Position numbers and translations under genes: made by a program. From assembly GCF_022539665.2 (NCBI RefSeq), contig NC_081333.1, forward strand, positions 11,780,001 through 11,844,000: 64,000 nucleotides of DNA. The letters are read 5' to 3'. Below the pieces are notes generated by a model. The model was not told the DNA's origin, ran no database searches, and saw only the letters and a list, made by a program, of their open reading frames with translations. Origin of the DNA: Daphnia carinata. Its lineage: Eukaryota. This document shows positions 42,301 to 57,403 of the stretch, piece by piece (the first letter of the stretch is position 1; every line of letters starts with the position of its first letter).

Positions 42301-42945
42301 CGTGATGTCGACCTTTTTTCTCGATTCTTTTTTGAGACAAGAGGGGGGTGCACAGGTTGTGTAACAATCGTTGTCTAGTGGCATGTAATGTCGGTGCCTA
42401 CCGTGTGTGTGTGTGTGTGTGTGCGAGGGTTTTGGGTGGTCGGCCGCCATTTGGATGACGTTTCAATCTCGTGTGTTTTTTTAGTCCGAGGAACGGCACA
42501 GAGAGAGAAAGAAACAAAGTTTTTGTTGATCTTTTTTAATGAACGACTTTCTTGTGGTTTTCCTGCCCATCAAAATTTCTCTCGGGACTTTTGCCGTTCG
42601 TGTCCGTGCGTGTATTCGTAGAATGTCTTCGACAATTATGACGAAAAACGCGGTGTGTGGCTGTTTTGCCGTTCATGGAGATCAGTCCCGTGCGCCCGGA
42701 AGGACTGGAATCTGATACCCGCGCTCATTTGCTATAACAGTGCGAAAGAGAAAACTTAGAAACAAGAAAACCCCCAAGAAGAAAAATCGGCATTGTTAAT
42801 TTCGTTTGAATGCTTTTATTATTATATATACAGTATATATGTTTTTTTTTTTGTTAAACGGACATCTGTTTAGTTCAGGTTCCCGTTTCCTTGTACGAAA
42901 ATCCGCTCAGGTGTACACTCTGCGCACAATGCGTTACTATATACA

Positions 42946-42967
42946 TATATATATATATATATATATA
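42946..42967. repeat. (TA)n microsatellite
   Basis: Direct reading of ATATAT tract. Confidence 0.85.
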
Positions 42968-45900
42968 CAGCTACTACTACGCTATGCGGAGATTCCAAAT
43001 TTAACGACAGGCACAGCACTCTTATCATCAACTGTAAAAATACCTACCTATTGATATCAATCAAAAAAAAAAAAAAAAAGGAGAGAGAGAAGGAAAGAAA
43101 AAAAAAAAAAAAAAAAAAAAGATGGAAGGCCGCCTTCGCTGCGAGGGGCTTCGCCCGTGTGTCTCTTTTTATTCTAACCCCCCACGGATAAAGGTTTAGT
43201 TCCAAAATAAGCTGCCAGTATAGGATGTTGATGCTGGGCTGCTGGTATTATAATATCAAACAGATGATATGTTATTCCCTATTTTTTTTTTCTTTTCGAT
43301 TCGGGTCTAGTTGGGTCTAGTCGGCTCCGACTTGTATGGCGCTCCGTTTTCGGTACTTTACACGCAAATGATTTTGATTTAGAAAAACAACCTTGGTCAT
43401 CATCATCATCAAATGGCACAGCGAAAAGTGCATTCACCGTTGCCTTGTGCCAGTGGTAAAGGTAGTGGTTGCATTTGGTGGTGTGGACTATATGCTGGTT
43501 TACGATATACGCCTTTTTTTTTTTTTTTTTTTTTTTTGGTGTGGGTTTGTTTTTTTTTTTTTTATTCAGAGGGTTGTGCAGACAAGTGAGAGAAAAGGCG
43601 AGAGAACGGAATGACATTGGCATTCAAAATTTGTTGCAGAGTAAAGAGAGAGAGAGAGAGAGAAAAAAAAAAAAGGAAGAAAATGTATAGACCACGTAAT
43701 AATAAAAAAGAAAAAAAAAAAGTTGGGCTGGGAATTTATGCAAGCATTCGGACTTGATTCACACCACATCGCACCGCGATGCCAAGCCAAAGGGGGCTTC
43801 TTTTCAAATATATACGGATAATTTGCTGGTGATTTGAACGCTGGGAAGAAAAGGGCCGGGAAATTCAATTTGGAATAGAAAAAAAAAAAAAAAAAATGAA
43901 AACTAGTAAATTGAAAAAAAAAAGGGGGGGGGGGGGTAGGAAAGAGAACGGCCACACAGCTCTCTTCTGTCTTCTCTCTACGTGTCTCATTCTTCTCCTC
44001 CTTGATGCTCTTATATAGAAGTACACTCATTTCTCTCGCTTGGCTGAAGTTTACTGGATCAAATTAGAGAGCTATACACGACCGAATGACCACACACACA
44101 CGGGACAGGAGGAACAGAAAAGAAAACGAAAAAAAAAAAGAAAAAACAACACGACCTACTAAAGAAAGAAGTCGCTGGATAGTTAGAAGAACATTCAGCG
44201 TCTTTTTTTTTTTTTTTTTTTTTTTTAGACCACCTCCCAACGCGTCGCCCCGTCTTTCTTTCCCCATTTTTGCGCCGATAAGACGGACGTATTAAAAAAA
44301 AAAAAAAAAAAAAAGAGAAGCGATAGAAAGAAAGAAATACTCGATAAATTTTACCAGTTGCAAGTTCGAAGAAAAAAGCGTATAACGAAATGGGTGAAAC
44401 AAAACAAGAAATGGCAACAACCTTTTTTTTTTTTTTTTTTCTTTTTTCTCGTGAAAAAAACAAAACAAAGCGAGTGTAACGCGAACTACTAAAGGCAGTT
44501 GGGTTTCACGATTGACTGATTGCCACCCGGTTTCATTTCGCCCAAGGATCCATAAGGAAGTGTGCCCTCCCGTCTTACGTATGTGTGTGTATAAGCATTT
44601 TTGAATATTTTGCTCCGGTGCTTGTAATTAGAAAAAGAACACATTTTTTTTTTCTTCTTCTTCTTTTCTTAACGGAGCTCTCGATTGCTATTGTTTGTTT
44701 TGTATGTTTTTTTTTTGTTTTTTGTTTTTTTTTTCCATCGGTTGCGCTTCTCGACCGAATAAAGAGCCGACCCGCTAGTTGCTCACGTTTGTTCCTCGTT
44801 TGGCCGGCTGATGATGTAATTGACAGGTTGCGATGCGATTAGCGCGCAGAGCGTAACACACGTGTAAGTCAACGCAGGAGCCCCAGATGAATCCGGTTAT
44901 GTTTTTGTTTCAAAATCGCCATGGACGTTTCGCTTTCTAAACGCGATGTCAATCAGTTCACCTGGAGAAAGAGAGGCAACACTCACCGCAATATCTTTTG
45001 GTTGATACGCGTACCGGTGTAACTGTGTCCAAGCGTCGATTCTTTTTTCTTTTAGTTCCTTACTCTTTTGTTGGTTTCTATTTTCGTGATTTGCGATTGC
45101 AACTTCGGCAGCAGGTCCTTTTTTTTTTATTTAGTTTTTTTTTTTTTTTCCCACGTACCCAAAGGAATGACAGAGATTCTCGGGCTCAGTAGAGAGAAAA
45201 GAAAAAGAAGAAAAATACAAGATACGATAGTGATCCCAGAGGCAGTGCGTATATAAAAGCAGCAGCCGTTTTGCCTGGAGAGACGCAGAAAAAAAAAAAA
45301 GGAAAACGAGTAAAAGAAAAAGGAAAAAAAAAAAAAAAAAAAGAAATTGTTGAATGGAAATTATCTGAATACTTTGAAATGAAGCGACCGTGGATGAACA
45401 CGAGTTGCGATCCAACGGCCTTGCCTCTTACGTCAAAGGGCATATGGGGGGGGGGTTCACGCGGAGCTAACAAGAGAAAGGAGATCCGTGACAGTCTAGT
45501 CGTGAATTTATATCTCTGATGGTCAACAAGTTGAAACGTGTGACTCTATAGCTAAGCCAAAAGGCGAGCGATATGGTTTAACTGCACGCTCGATTATTCC
45601 CGTCTTCTTCTTCTTCTTCTTCTTTTCATTGGCTTTCTTTCTTTTCTTAATGGAATCAAACCGTCCAGAAAGAAGTTTGGCCTCCAGCAGAGACACACCA
45701 AAACTATATAAGACTACAGTACACGATGTGTGGCTCCCGGGGTAAAGAAAAAAAAAAAAAAAAAAGAAAAATCATTCGAGCTGAATAACCGGTTAGCCAA
45801 TCATCTATTCCTATACATTTACACCCGGTTTGTTTGGTGCCATCTACAGACCCTTGGTTTTTCTTCTTTTTTTTAATTTTTTTTTTTAAAGATGCAGTGC

Positions 45901-46465
45901 GCACGTAGACCATCCGTTATGAGTCGTTGTTTCACTTTTTTGCGGTCTGCCTTACTACGCGAGGTACATTGAGGAGCATTATTACAACAAAATACATGTA
46001 TCCACCGGTTCGTTGGTATCGAACGACGGCTGTACCCAGTAGCCCAGTGCAATCTAAACAATTGTTCGGTGGCAGTGATGGAGTCTTATTGATGCTGTTA
46101 TTTGGACAGAGAAGCAGACGTACCTTATTATCATTTTGGCCGTGCATGTTACACACGTGAAGATGTGCTAAAATACAGTCCAAAAGAAATGATGACGGTT
46201 TGATCAATGGTGTAGATTATGGGGTTTGGGCGGAAAGGTAGCATTTCTCTTTTGCTCCTTTTCGTTACGTTCCATGAGAAAGATAGCGATAAAGGCTAGC
46301 TCGAGAACAGGAAAATATGTTGAACAGTATAACACGCAGCTAACATGAATATGAAAGTAAAAGAATATAAAGAAAAAAAGGAGCTAAAAGAATAGAAAAA
46401 AAAAAAAAAAGAGACACGTCAGCTGTAACGTCTCATTTTGCAGGAAAAGCACCGTGTCGCACCGA

Positions 46466-46470
<5 letters not shown>

Positions 46471-46495
<25 letters not shown>
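46471..46495. repeat. (TC)n microsatellite
   Basis: Direct reading of TCTCTC tract. Confidence 0.85.
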
Positions 46496-46496
<1 letters not shown>

Positions 46497-49400
46497 ACGG
46501 TTCTCTCTAATTGGGAGACATTATCCGCAGCTGATATATGATCGCGCGCCCGCCGGGTTCTTAAATGGCATTTTCAACCGGGGCTTGAAACATTTGCTCT
46601 CTCGCCTATTATTGGGCCTCTTCATTATAACACCAATGGCTTATTACATAACAACCCCGCACACACAAAACTAGAAGAATGTTCGGACTAGTTTTCGTTG
46701 TAGAGACATGACTTTCTATCAGCTCCCGTATCAGGACCTGTAAACACTCTGGAAAGAGGGAGGTCATTGTCATTTGACGGGGCAATCATCGTGTATGTGA
46801 TGATGGTTAGATAGGGACGATGACACTTGTCCACTTCTCACAGGCGGAACAAAACGAAAGAAAAAAAAATGAAGGAATAAGAGAAAGACGAAAACTGTTT
46901 TAATGGGCAATGCCAATGTCTTTACTCCTGTTGCCTTGTGTGTTTTATATTTTTAACAACTTTTCTTTTGATGTTTTGGAGGAACGACGATAGGATTTCT
47001 TTTTACATGAAATACCCCACGGAATTCATTAATTTTTTTTTTATATATACAGTGTATATTTTTCTACTCTCTCGATGCGGAACTGTTTTAAAAGAATAAA
47101 GACGTAACGAGACAAGCAGCGAAAAAAAAAATAAAACAAGAAAAGAAATTCTTTTATTTGTAATGACAAATGGATGGCGACATAAGACGGGACACCTAAA
47201 ATAGAATGAGAAACAAGAACTATCAAAAAAAAAAAAAAAAAAAGCGTTGGACACACTTTGTGGTTGTTAGCGCAGGAGAAGAAAAGGCATTGTCACGCGG
47301 GATTAGAAATGATTGACCTTAAACCGGTCAGACAAGTAAAGTAAAAAGAAAAAGGGGGGAACTCCAAAAACAAACCAAAAAAAAAAAAAATAATAATAAA
47401 AAATACTGGCGTGGAATAATGGAGGCCTAGCATATTGAAATGTGATGGATTTTTCCATGTTTTTTTTACAATACACGAGTCGTAGGATGAATTCAAGTTT
47501 TTATTTTTTTTTTTTCATTTTTATAGTTTACCTGTTGTACTACTGCGTCGGGAGCGAAGATAATGATTTATTGCACTTGCGGTAAATGCTCGTTTTCGTT
47601 CCTCCCAATTTTTAAAAGTTTTCTTTTTTCGAAACAAGAAAGAAAAAGATGAATGTGTAAGAAAGAGGGACACGAATGGGAGGGAAGGTTCAAGAAAAAA
47701 GGAAAAAAAAAAAAAAAATTATTTGTATAAAATCGCCATCAGTCGGAGGTGAAACGATGCGAAATTTGCTGATGCATCATCTGAGTGGCTTTTCAACGAC
47801 TTGATTACATCTGCTGTTGCTAGTGAGCAACGGCCATCATGAGGCCGTCGAGTCAGTTCTCCGAATAGGGACAGGTACACCCCCTTTGCACAGTAGCAGC
47901 ATCACGGGCAAAAGAGCAATAGCCCATAGTGTCTGTTCGAACCAGTGCCACTTGGAAGCTAACCCCATCTCATCAGTCGAGATGTTGAATAACAAGAGCG
48001 TACCTCCTTTTCTTTTGCTTCTGTTCATGCATAATATCAACCAATGATTTCCATTCTCGGAAGTTGGGCGCTACGCAAATCATTCGTCTGTTCAACTGGC
48101 AACAACAAGTAAATCACGTGCAGGATGTAATCTGTGTTCGGTTTGAAGTCATTGACATGGTTCAGATAACGTGAACTCTATGATGATGGGCGTTGTGTTA
48201 GTAGATAAAGTCTTTACGTTCCAAGGTGACAACATCTTAAAAGCTATGTGACCGTGTTCTATAGCTATTGTCACGTTACATTCTACTGATAATTAAAAAA
48301 AGAAAAAGGATGTTGAAAAGACAAAGAAAATGAAAAGGAAAACCTCCGTGTCGAATAAAAAGCACCAGAGAAAAAAGAACGTTCTAAAAAGGAATGTCGT
48401 TCTTCTTTTCTTTTTGATCTCATTGAGTTGATTGTCTTGATGTTTCCGTTGTTGTCGGAATTTTGGCTACGCCGTCTTCCATCGTCGGTATTGTAAAGAC
48501 ATTGGCGTTGCCATAAATAAAGACGAATTCTATTGTGATTTAAAAACCTGTCCGAAACATGGCGCCAGTAGGCTAAAACAAAAAGAGCCGTTGTTACGAG
48601 TCGATGACCAACTTAGCCGAGCAGTGGATGCTGTCTCTTATCCATCACCGGGAGTATAAGAGCCCCTTACATCTTCCATCCTCCGGATGTGATCATTGTT
48701 GTCTACAGCAATTTCTCGTCCAGCCTCATCTTGCCTGTGATGTCTTTCGGCTCCCGTTTTCGCCTTATCCTTCAGCCTATAAGAAACCATTGAAACGGGG
48801 CCTGGGGCCATTGTTTTATCCAGTCTCTTTCGCTCCAGCAGTTCCGGCTTTTTTTTTTTTTTCTTTCCCTTTAGCACAGACAGAAGATAGAAGAAGAGCG
48901 CCCTTGGTATTTAGTGAGGGACGCACAAGAGTTGCGTAACACGGGGAGCCAACATGCAACGCTTAGTTTTCTTCTTTTCTACACAACATCCGCGCGCAAA
49001 AAAGGAATAAAAGTATGGAACATTCAAATTATTATGCACATCTACTTCTATCTTCTATTTCTACAATAGACAAGAGAAAAAAAAAAAATAAAAATAAAAA
49101 CATGGAACATGACAAGCAGAGATGACGTTAAAGAAAGCGTGAGAAAAACCGTTCTGAATTTATCAGCAGTTTCTTTCGTTTTCTTACTGTAAACTGGCGC
49201 TATATATTTAAACTGTCCATGATGTTCCACGCGTTCGGGATTTTCCTAAGCCGTGGCGGTCGGAAGGATTGCGTCATTGAATTTGTTGTTTTTTCTTTCT
49301 CCTCCTCCTCGATTGAAAAAAAAAAAAAAAAAAAAATAGAAAATTAAAAGGCAGCCGTTGTGTCGGCTTCACGTGAGAGGCCGAACGATTCGAGTCGGGC

Positions 49401-49631
49401 GTGAAGCGGCCGACGTAACACAGAAAGTCGACGATCCAGCAAAAAAAAAAAAAAAAGGAGGCGGCCTTTCGAATAACGACGAAGGGAGGAGCTTGAAAGA
49501 AAGAAAAGAACCGCACAGTTCACACCGGAAATTGGCAAGCATTTATCAAAGAACTCAATAATAAAAGGAGTGGGGAAAAAGAAAACGGTGAACGACGGAT
49601 TGGCTATACGATGGCACGTCTGCAACTACCG

Positions 49632-49635
<4 letters not shown>

Positions 49636-49666
<31 letters not shown>
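49636..49666. repeat. Poly(A) tract, 31 nt
   Basis: One of the longest of many homopolymers in the right half. Confidence 0.9.
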
Positions 49667-49673
<7 letters not shown>

Positions 49674-52492
49674 CTTCGTGTTACACAAACGCACGTAGCG
49701 TATTCTCTCGGCCGTCCAATCCCACCTAACTAAAGGGCCACGAATGAAGCGTGCATTATACGTACAGAAAATGTTCGTCCACTTCTTCTTCAGCGTATCA
49801 ATACGAAAAAAAGAATTTGTGTTACGAAAAGCGGGGAATGTTTAAAAGAAATTAAAAGAAGAGGAGAAAAAAAAAATGCGCTCTAGCAGTTGGCTCCGTC
49901 TCGAGTTTCTCCTTCTCCTTCATTTACTTAGATACTTTTTTTTTATTGGAATAATCGTAAAAAAAAGAAGTAATTTATTAATGCTGCAATATGTCTTGAA
50001 AGACGGGAGGAGGATCTGGGCATGAGGATGCTTCTCTTATTGTCTTTCGACGAAAGAAAAAAAAAAAGGCCAAATTTTCCCCAACACATATCCACATGCA
50101 ACTCGGGTCGTAAAACGTCATTAACTACCGGACTAGTCTTTCGTTGCGGGCAGCAGCGCATACTATTAGATTATATTCACGATCTCTCTCTTCCCCACTC
50201 CTCCGAAAGAGAAAAAAAAAAAGATTATACAACTTGTCTGTGTGTCTGAAACTACAGCACCAACAACCCTAACCTCATCTAATAGTCATCATCATCATCC
50301 GGCTGCTGTAACGCGTGGCCATCAAGTTCTGCTGTTGTATTGTAGTTTTTTTTTTTTTTTTTTTTCGGTTAAGGTTCTTCCCCTTCTCTTTCTTGCCGTC
50401 CCTACTTCGGCTATAATCGGGATGATGATGCTTAACATCATTTTGGAAAAAAAAAAAAAAAAAAAAAAAAATGTTTTTGGGGAAAAAGAAAAATGTAATA
50501 ATTTGATGTAAAACATAGTCAAGCATCACTCGTAAAAACCTATAAATCACGCACGCTACTCGGCCAGATTTGATGAGCGCTCTCAGAAGATCGCTGTCCC
50601 TACGAACCTTCATGTTGCCATCAAAGGCAGTTTACCGTTTGCTGTTTATCACATGTTACAACGTCGATCACGATTTATTATTATTATTTTTTAAAGAATA
50701 AGCTTCCAATCGAAAGAATGACCAGGCTTTTTTCTTAAACGAGATTTTCTTTTTTTTTTTCAATTGTAAACCATTCGTGTATTTTATGGCTATTATGTTT
50801 TTTTTTTTTACAAGTCTTTAAGGCCTGTATCGCCCTCTTCAGCGCGTCCGTATCAGAGGATTCGTCTTATCATCACATTCACTGAAATATTAACAGATTC
50901 TCGATGTTTTGACCGGCTGTGTGATTGCGAGGTGCCACAATGAAGTGGTACTCCTTGCGGTGTCGATGCGTACGTCTTGAGCAACTGTTGAATGAAATGT
51001 CCGGCCAAAGAGTGTTCTTTCTGAACTTCTGCGACTGTACGTAGGTGATTTTAGCCAATCTATTTCCTTATGTTATGTCTATTTGACTGTGCGTTTACTT
51101 GGGCATGGTGGAGCCATGGCAAAGATCCTAGCGCAGCAGCAGGTTGGAATGCAATTTGAACGTCGGACGGGGAATGAATGAGGAGGCATTTAGTGGACGT
51201 AGTGCACGCGGGCCACCATTGATTAATCACAGCGGGTGGTGCATCTAATGATATACGCGCAGACACTGTAGTATATAATGAGATAATCATCCTATACGTA
51301 TTTTCTTTTTCTTTCGTTTAGCAACCGGCTAATGAGCTTATGCATTTGCTGTACAAATGATGGACTCTCGGAATATTTAGAGCGACCGTGAATTGCAGTC
51401 CGGGATGAAACGCCTTTCTCTTTCTTTCTTAAACACAGAGTTTATATAGAAAAGAGGGGGGGGGGGGGGAGGGGGAAGAATGAAGCAATCAGGTGTTTCT
51501 GGGAATTTTTCTTTTTTGCTGCATGACCAGTTACTAATGATGCTAATTGAACGAAAATTTCAATTAGAAACACAGTTTAGACTAGCCCACATTCACGCTC
51601 TTTTTTCGTGTGTAAATATATAGCCTACACCGCATAGTAGATGTTTGCGTACACACACACACACACACAATGTATGGATATATACACACACGCTATATAG
51701 CCGTGATACGTACTATCATCACTACCGGTGTGTGGTTTCTCTTTTTGAATTGTAATCATCTAGACGAGGAAGGAAGTGGGCCGGGTCGACTCACCCATCC
51801 TTGTGTGGCGTCCAACTTGAATGTCTACGATCATCTACGTTGCGTCACTTCGTTAGATATGAATGTGTGCTTTTAAAAAGTCTAGACTCTATTCGATCTC
51901 GATGAACTGAGAAAACTGCGCTATTTCTTCTGTATTTTTTCTTCTCTTTTTAGGGTCGTAAAAATTACAAGTAAAGGTGCGTGGTTTCCGTTCAAACTGT
52001 GAGAGTTTTTTTTTTCTTTTCTGTTCGGTTCTTTTTGAACGGGCTCCGTCTGACAGAGCGCCTGCCACTGGCCCAGAAATTTTGTTGTTCTTATAACGTC
52101 ATTAGTTGACGTAAACGGCCGGTATTGTACACGCATTGGTCGAAAAGCCCAAGCAAAGGCTATATAGGCGGGCTATTCAAACGGACGGCTATAGCACGAC
52201 GGCTACAAAAACTAGTAGAACGCAGCAATACGTTTGCAGCTTCACACAGTAAATCACAAATGACTTTTCTTTTTGGGTTCCTTCTTCTTTTTTTTTTTTT
52301 ATTTATATATAGATTTATCTTTGCGTGGCCTATTATTTACTTTTGAAGCTATTTGTTGGCTGGCCACTTCATTTCTCTCAGCTGTTATTGTTGTTGTTTC
52401 TCTCAGCCCTTTTATTCCGCTGTCTCTTTTTATTTATTTATTTTTTACATTGCTTTTGTGCGCCGGACAGAAAACACGCAATTTCTGTAAAC

Positions 52493-52526
<34 letters not shown>

Positions 52527-55500
52527 AACGAAATTGTGTTCCAAAACAGCAGCGGGTTTCTTTTTCCCGCGAGCTTTCAAAACGAAGAAAACAAACGTAT
52601 AGACATAAGAAAACTGAATTCGTCGTTATTCTATATTTGGGGTAGCGCACAATAAACTACACAGTGTGGGAAAACACGTGTGTCCGTGTTTAGATACATA
52701 TTGAATTCCCTTAAACACCTGAACGTGTTACACCAAATAAAGGATTAAAGAGCGAGAGAGAGAGAGAGAGAGCCGAAGCCAAATAAGAGCACAAACAAAC
52801 GCGGTAGCAGCTGAAAGGAAGAAAACTAACGATCGGATCACGACGGTCCCCCTCCCAAAAAAGGAGGTGAATCTGAAAAGGTTAGGGTCGTCTCCTCCTC
52901 TTTTTTTTTTTTTTTTATATCTATTTGTATAGTAGACAGATCTAATGTATTTTACCTTATCGGAGAGTGTCAGTGAGATGACGTTGTCGACAGGGGGCCC
53001 GGCGGCGGCAGTGCGGCGGAACCAATCGCAAACGATGCGCAATGGATCGAATTGCTTGTCTTTTTTTTTAAAGCCTTTTTTTTTTTTTCTTCTTCTTCTT
53101 CTTACTTTTCATTATTATTATTTATTTATTTTTTACTTATTTTTGGCTTCTACTGTGATGCTGAATTTATCATCCGGACGGAAAACCGGCCGCGGGAAAC
53201 TGGCCCGGGTACATCGGAGGCAGCAAAAGAGAATGAACCGACAAGCAAAGGTTGAAAACTTGCTGTATGTACATATACGTATAACGTACACAAAAAGATG
53301 ACGTATCACCATCCGGCAGCTCCCGCATTCACACTAACATGTACCACTTTTCTTTTTAATTTTTCTAAAAAAAAAAAAAGAAATTCTAAATCTTCTTTTG
53401 ACTGGATATTAATGAGCTGCCTCTTTATTTTTTGTGTGCTTTTCTTCTTTTATTCTGTCCCATATTGTTATACAAACACCTTGACTGGAGGTCTCTCTCT
53501 CTCTCTTTCTCTCTTCTAGTCTACACACAGTTCAAATAGAAACTGTCTTCGCGCGCTCGTTCATCTTCCAGCCACAATATGACGCGGACAGATATAAATC
53601 TGTGGTCGACCCTCCAACAACAAGAGGTGAAGGAGAGACATCGTTGTTTGGTTGGAAAACATCTTCAGAAATGACAAAAGTCATAAGAAAAAAAAAAAAA
53701 AAAAAAAGGAGCGCCTTCAGTTAATAAATTAGCGGAACCGTCGCTTTTGAATTGAATCCTCGACGCTAAAAAAAACTGCCATCATCCTGCTGTGGCTTCT
53801 ACGTTGCGCAGATGGTCTTCCGGGGGCCATTCTGTGCCTCCACCGGTGAGCGTAGGGCGACTAATATGCGTCCGTGCATTTGTATAAAACGCGCAAGTGG
53901 GGGGTTTGAAAAATGAGGACATATCGCAGTGTCCAACGCATTTTTTTATGCGTCTTAAACAAGTTTTCATCTTTCGCCAAAAGGTTTTTCGTCTATTTCA
54001 TGCAGCGTTTTGAATATCTTTTGCATAACTGAGGCATCTGCGGGAGGGCGGTCCAGATGTCGCAACGACGTGAACAGACGCGGGGAGATACTTCTTACTC
54101 GCACCCGCGTCGCTGATTTACAGCCGCGTTCATCATCCATATGGGATCCAGCTACCGCTGAATCTATTCCTTTTTTTTTTTATCTCTACTGAAATTGCCC
54201 CCTTTTTTTTTTTTTTTTAGATCGGCTATTATGCGCTGCTTTTTGAATTTTCATGTATTCTAAAATTCTAAAATTGTTTAAAGGAAAAAAGAATGGCGAT
54301 CGAATGCCTTTGATGTAATCATTTGGCAAACGCATCTGATTAAAAAGCAGACATCATTTTCGCGTGTAAAGATGGGTCTTTTATTTGTAGTCTAGTTGGC
54401 TGTAGACAAATTAACTATTCATTTCTACCACAATTTCTTTTTATTTTGTTTTCTTTCTGTTTATTTTGGAACATTTTGATTGATGAGATTCTGTTCCTTC
54501 TGTGTTAGTCTTTTTTTTTTTTTCTTTCGCACTTTGGAACGATCTAGATTTATGGATCGAATCAATCACTGGCGCTCATGCAGCGCGACACTTAATGGGA
54601 GTGCATACGCTAGACGAAGAACATTAACGGACGAATCCTTGTTGCGTGAGAACAGTCGATCGAAACATCCATCGCCCCGATGACCAATTCGTTCATTTTC
54701 TTTTTATTTATTTCCTTAACTACTTTTGTTTTTTTGTTTTTTGCCTACGTAGCATCTCGCGTTATTAGAGACGTTTGACGGTGCGTGGCCGCATCGTAAC
54801 GGAGGATACACACACACACGGTTACGTCGAGATATTATAGAAAAAGAAAAGGAGGAGAAATGCATTGAGACTTGCCGTTGGGTTCTCGTACGAAAGACCG
54901 ACTCCATTTGGACGGAGATCGGTGGGCGGGTAGTTATCTATCGAAAATGTTATGAGCCCCTTTTTTTTTTTTTATATTCTTCTTGTTGTCTTCCCCGAAA
55001 AAAAAAAAAATACAAGGGTACCTTGTTCTATTCCGGGCCGTGTGTGTATTTATCTTATTCGTCTTGTTCACGCGATGCCGCTTTGCTCGTTGCTGTCGGT
55101 TCACACTCGGCCGAACAAGTTGATGATTTCCAAACAATTCGGTGTGATAAATTGGCTCACTCAGTCACGAGACCAATCTACAGATAGTCCCTTCCATTGC
55201 GCTGGGGCAGGTGCGGATGTATAGTTAGTTTTTAAACAAAACAAAAAAAATTGTCATCTAACTAAAAAGAAAGAAAGAAAAAACGTGGGAGATGCGACAA
55301 ACAAACGACAAGAAAAGGCCTTTCCTTTTTCTTTTTGATTGTTTCAAGCGCCACATCCGCTTTCCTCGGAAGAGACATCGTTGGGCCACACCGTTAAAAG
55401 CCATCAACTTGTATAGCGCGCCATCCGTGTGCAGTCCTCGTTACGACGGCGACGCGCATCGCCGAACTTCTAACCCGAACTATACATTTTCAGAAAAGAA

Positions 55501-57369
55501 AAGAAAGAAAAAACTGTAAGGGGGAACTAAAGATCGGATAGGTTGGGTGTGTACATGTCCCGCGTGAGTCGATTCCAGCTGGATCGAATATAGCGGCGCG
55601 CTGTGTGTACAGCATTTGACAAGGATCCTTATTTACGAGAGGAGGGTATAGAGTGGGGGGGAGAAAGAAATGCACTCGTGTATGACGTGTGCTCTTGTAT
55701 TCGACACACAATGAGGATTACAATGATTCAATTGCCCCAGTAATTCATTCACATGTCGACCCCAACGTGCATTTGGTTGTTACAAGGTCGTATATTAAGC
55801 AAGACAATGGTCGGCTGCTGTGTCTATAGAGGAGTAAGGAAGGAAAACTACTAGGGCTGACTCTCGTACCAGAGAATTAGTTCCGCTAGAGAAAGAGAGA
55901 GAGAGAGAAAAAAAAAAAAAGCTGTGTGTCACTGGTGCGTTACACGGTGTGGTTCGTCGGTCATTGGTTTAGCTTCTCGTTTCTCTCAATTTTTATTTAG
56001 TTTTTGTTTTTGTTTTTTCTCTTTTTTTTGTTTTTTTTTTTTTTTCCCAAAGTTCTTGACCGCGCAGTAACTTTGGACACACCGAAGTCTCGGAAGTGCG
56101 GGTTGTACCTTTTTCTTTTTTTTTTTTTAATTTCCTTCCTTTTCCTAAATACAAGGCATGGGAAATTCTTCCTTTCCTCGTTTTCATTTTTCTTCTTCTT
56201 CTTCTTCTTCTTCTTCTCTTTTGTTTCTTTTTTAACTGGCGGTTCCGCTTCACTGCCGGCAAGGCCGGTCATCTTCCGTTCTTTTATCTTATCTGTTTTT
56301 CTCGTCACCCAACTATATACGACACTAACTTAAAATCGCACGTCCTTTCAAGTGGGAAACGTGTGCAAAACTTGTAGATCTTTGCGATACGTTCTGCTCT
56401 AGACAGCTTCGATTTATTCATGTTCCAGACATTTGCGCGTCCACGTTCATGTTGTTCGAGTCCTTTTATGTGAAGATTTAAAAAAAATGATGTTCATCGA
56501 CGAAAACTTCCCCTGCAAAAAAAAAACAAACAAAAAAACATTGAAAGTGGGGAAGTACCTGCCGTGACGAGTCGCACAGGTAAAGACGCAAAGAGTTTAT
56601 TCCAGTAGGATTGTGTTTGAGTTGTTGCAGAAAAGTAGAGTATTAAACAATTCCAATAAAAAGAGGAGGTGGGTTCTATGTTTTCGTTCGACAGTGCGTG
56701 ATTATTTCGGTTAGGGCGATTGCCCGTCGTGATTTTTGCTTCCGCCTGTTTACCTTAAAGCATTTCAAGGTGAGAGGGGTTACTACAGCATGTCTGGCAA
56801 GTGTGCGTATGCTTTGAAGGATTCCTAGAATTTCGAACGTGATTTTCCGATTTCATTTCGATGTTTCGTTAGTTCCCCCTTTTTCGAATGAATGGAGAAA
56901 AATAAAAATGTGTTACATTTTCCCGTTTGTCATGTTACGTTTGTAACAAGCACATCTGGCACAGCTCCTAAGAAAGAAACAAAAATGGAAGGCTCTCGTA
57001 AAATAAGATTTTCAAAATTAAAAAAAGTTTAATTTTTCGGTCTTAAAAATTTAAAGAAAAAAAAAAAAAAAAAAAAAAACACCGCAAAACATTTGGCCAA
57101 GCGGAAGTCAGCGACCGGGCAATTCTTTTTTTCTTTTTTTTTTTTTTCAATTCGAATCTTAGAGTCTTTGGCGAGGCAATATAAAAAGACAAACGAAAGA
57201 CCGCAATGGTCAATTGATTGATTCCTCTATTTATCACGTCCTAGGGATGGGAGAATAGATCAATCACGGTGGACACCTTTTTCCACACACACAAAAGGAA
57301 GGCACATTACTGCTCGCTACCTCCCTTCCCCCGCTTTATTTACTAAATATCTATTTGATTTTTTTCTCT

Positions 57370-57371
<2 letters not shown>

Positions 57372-57402
<31 letters not shown>
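57372..57402. repeat. Poly(T) tract, 31 nt
   Basis: Direct reading. Confidence 0.9.

Positions 57403-57403
<1 letters not shown>

Noticed and set aside
47837..47980. Signal-peptide-like stretch MGLASKWHWFEQTLWAIALLPVMLLLCKG
   Set aside because: No good donor after it and no downstream exons found; likely chance.
54909..54925. TGGACGGAGA resembling the miR-184 5' end; also GCCAGATTTGATGAGC near 50563 resembling the miR-2 3' end
   Set aside because: Only partial matches and no precursor-length hairpin.
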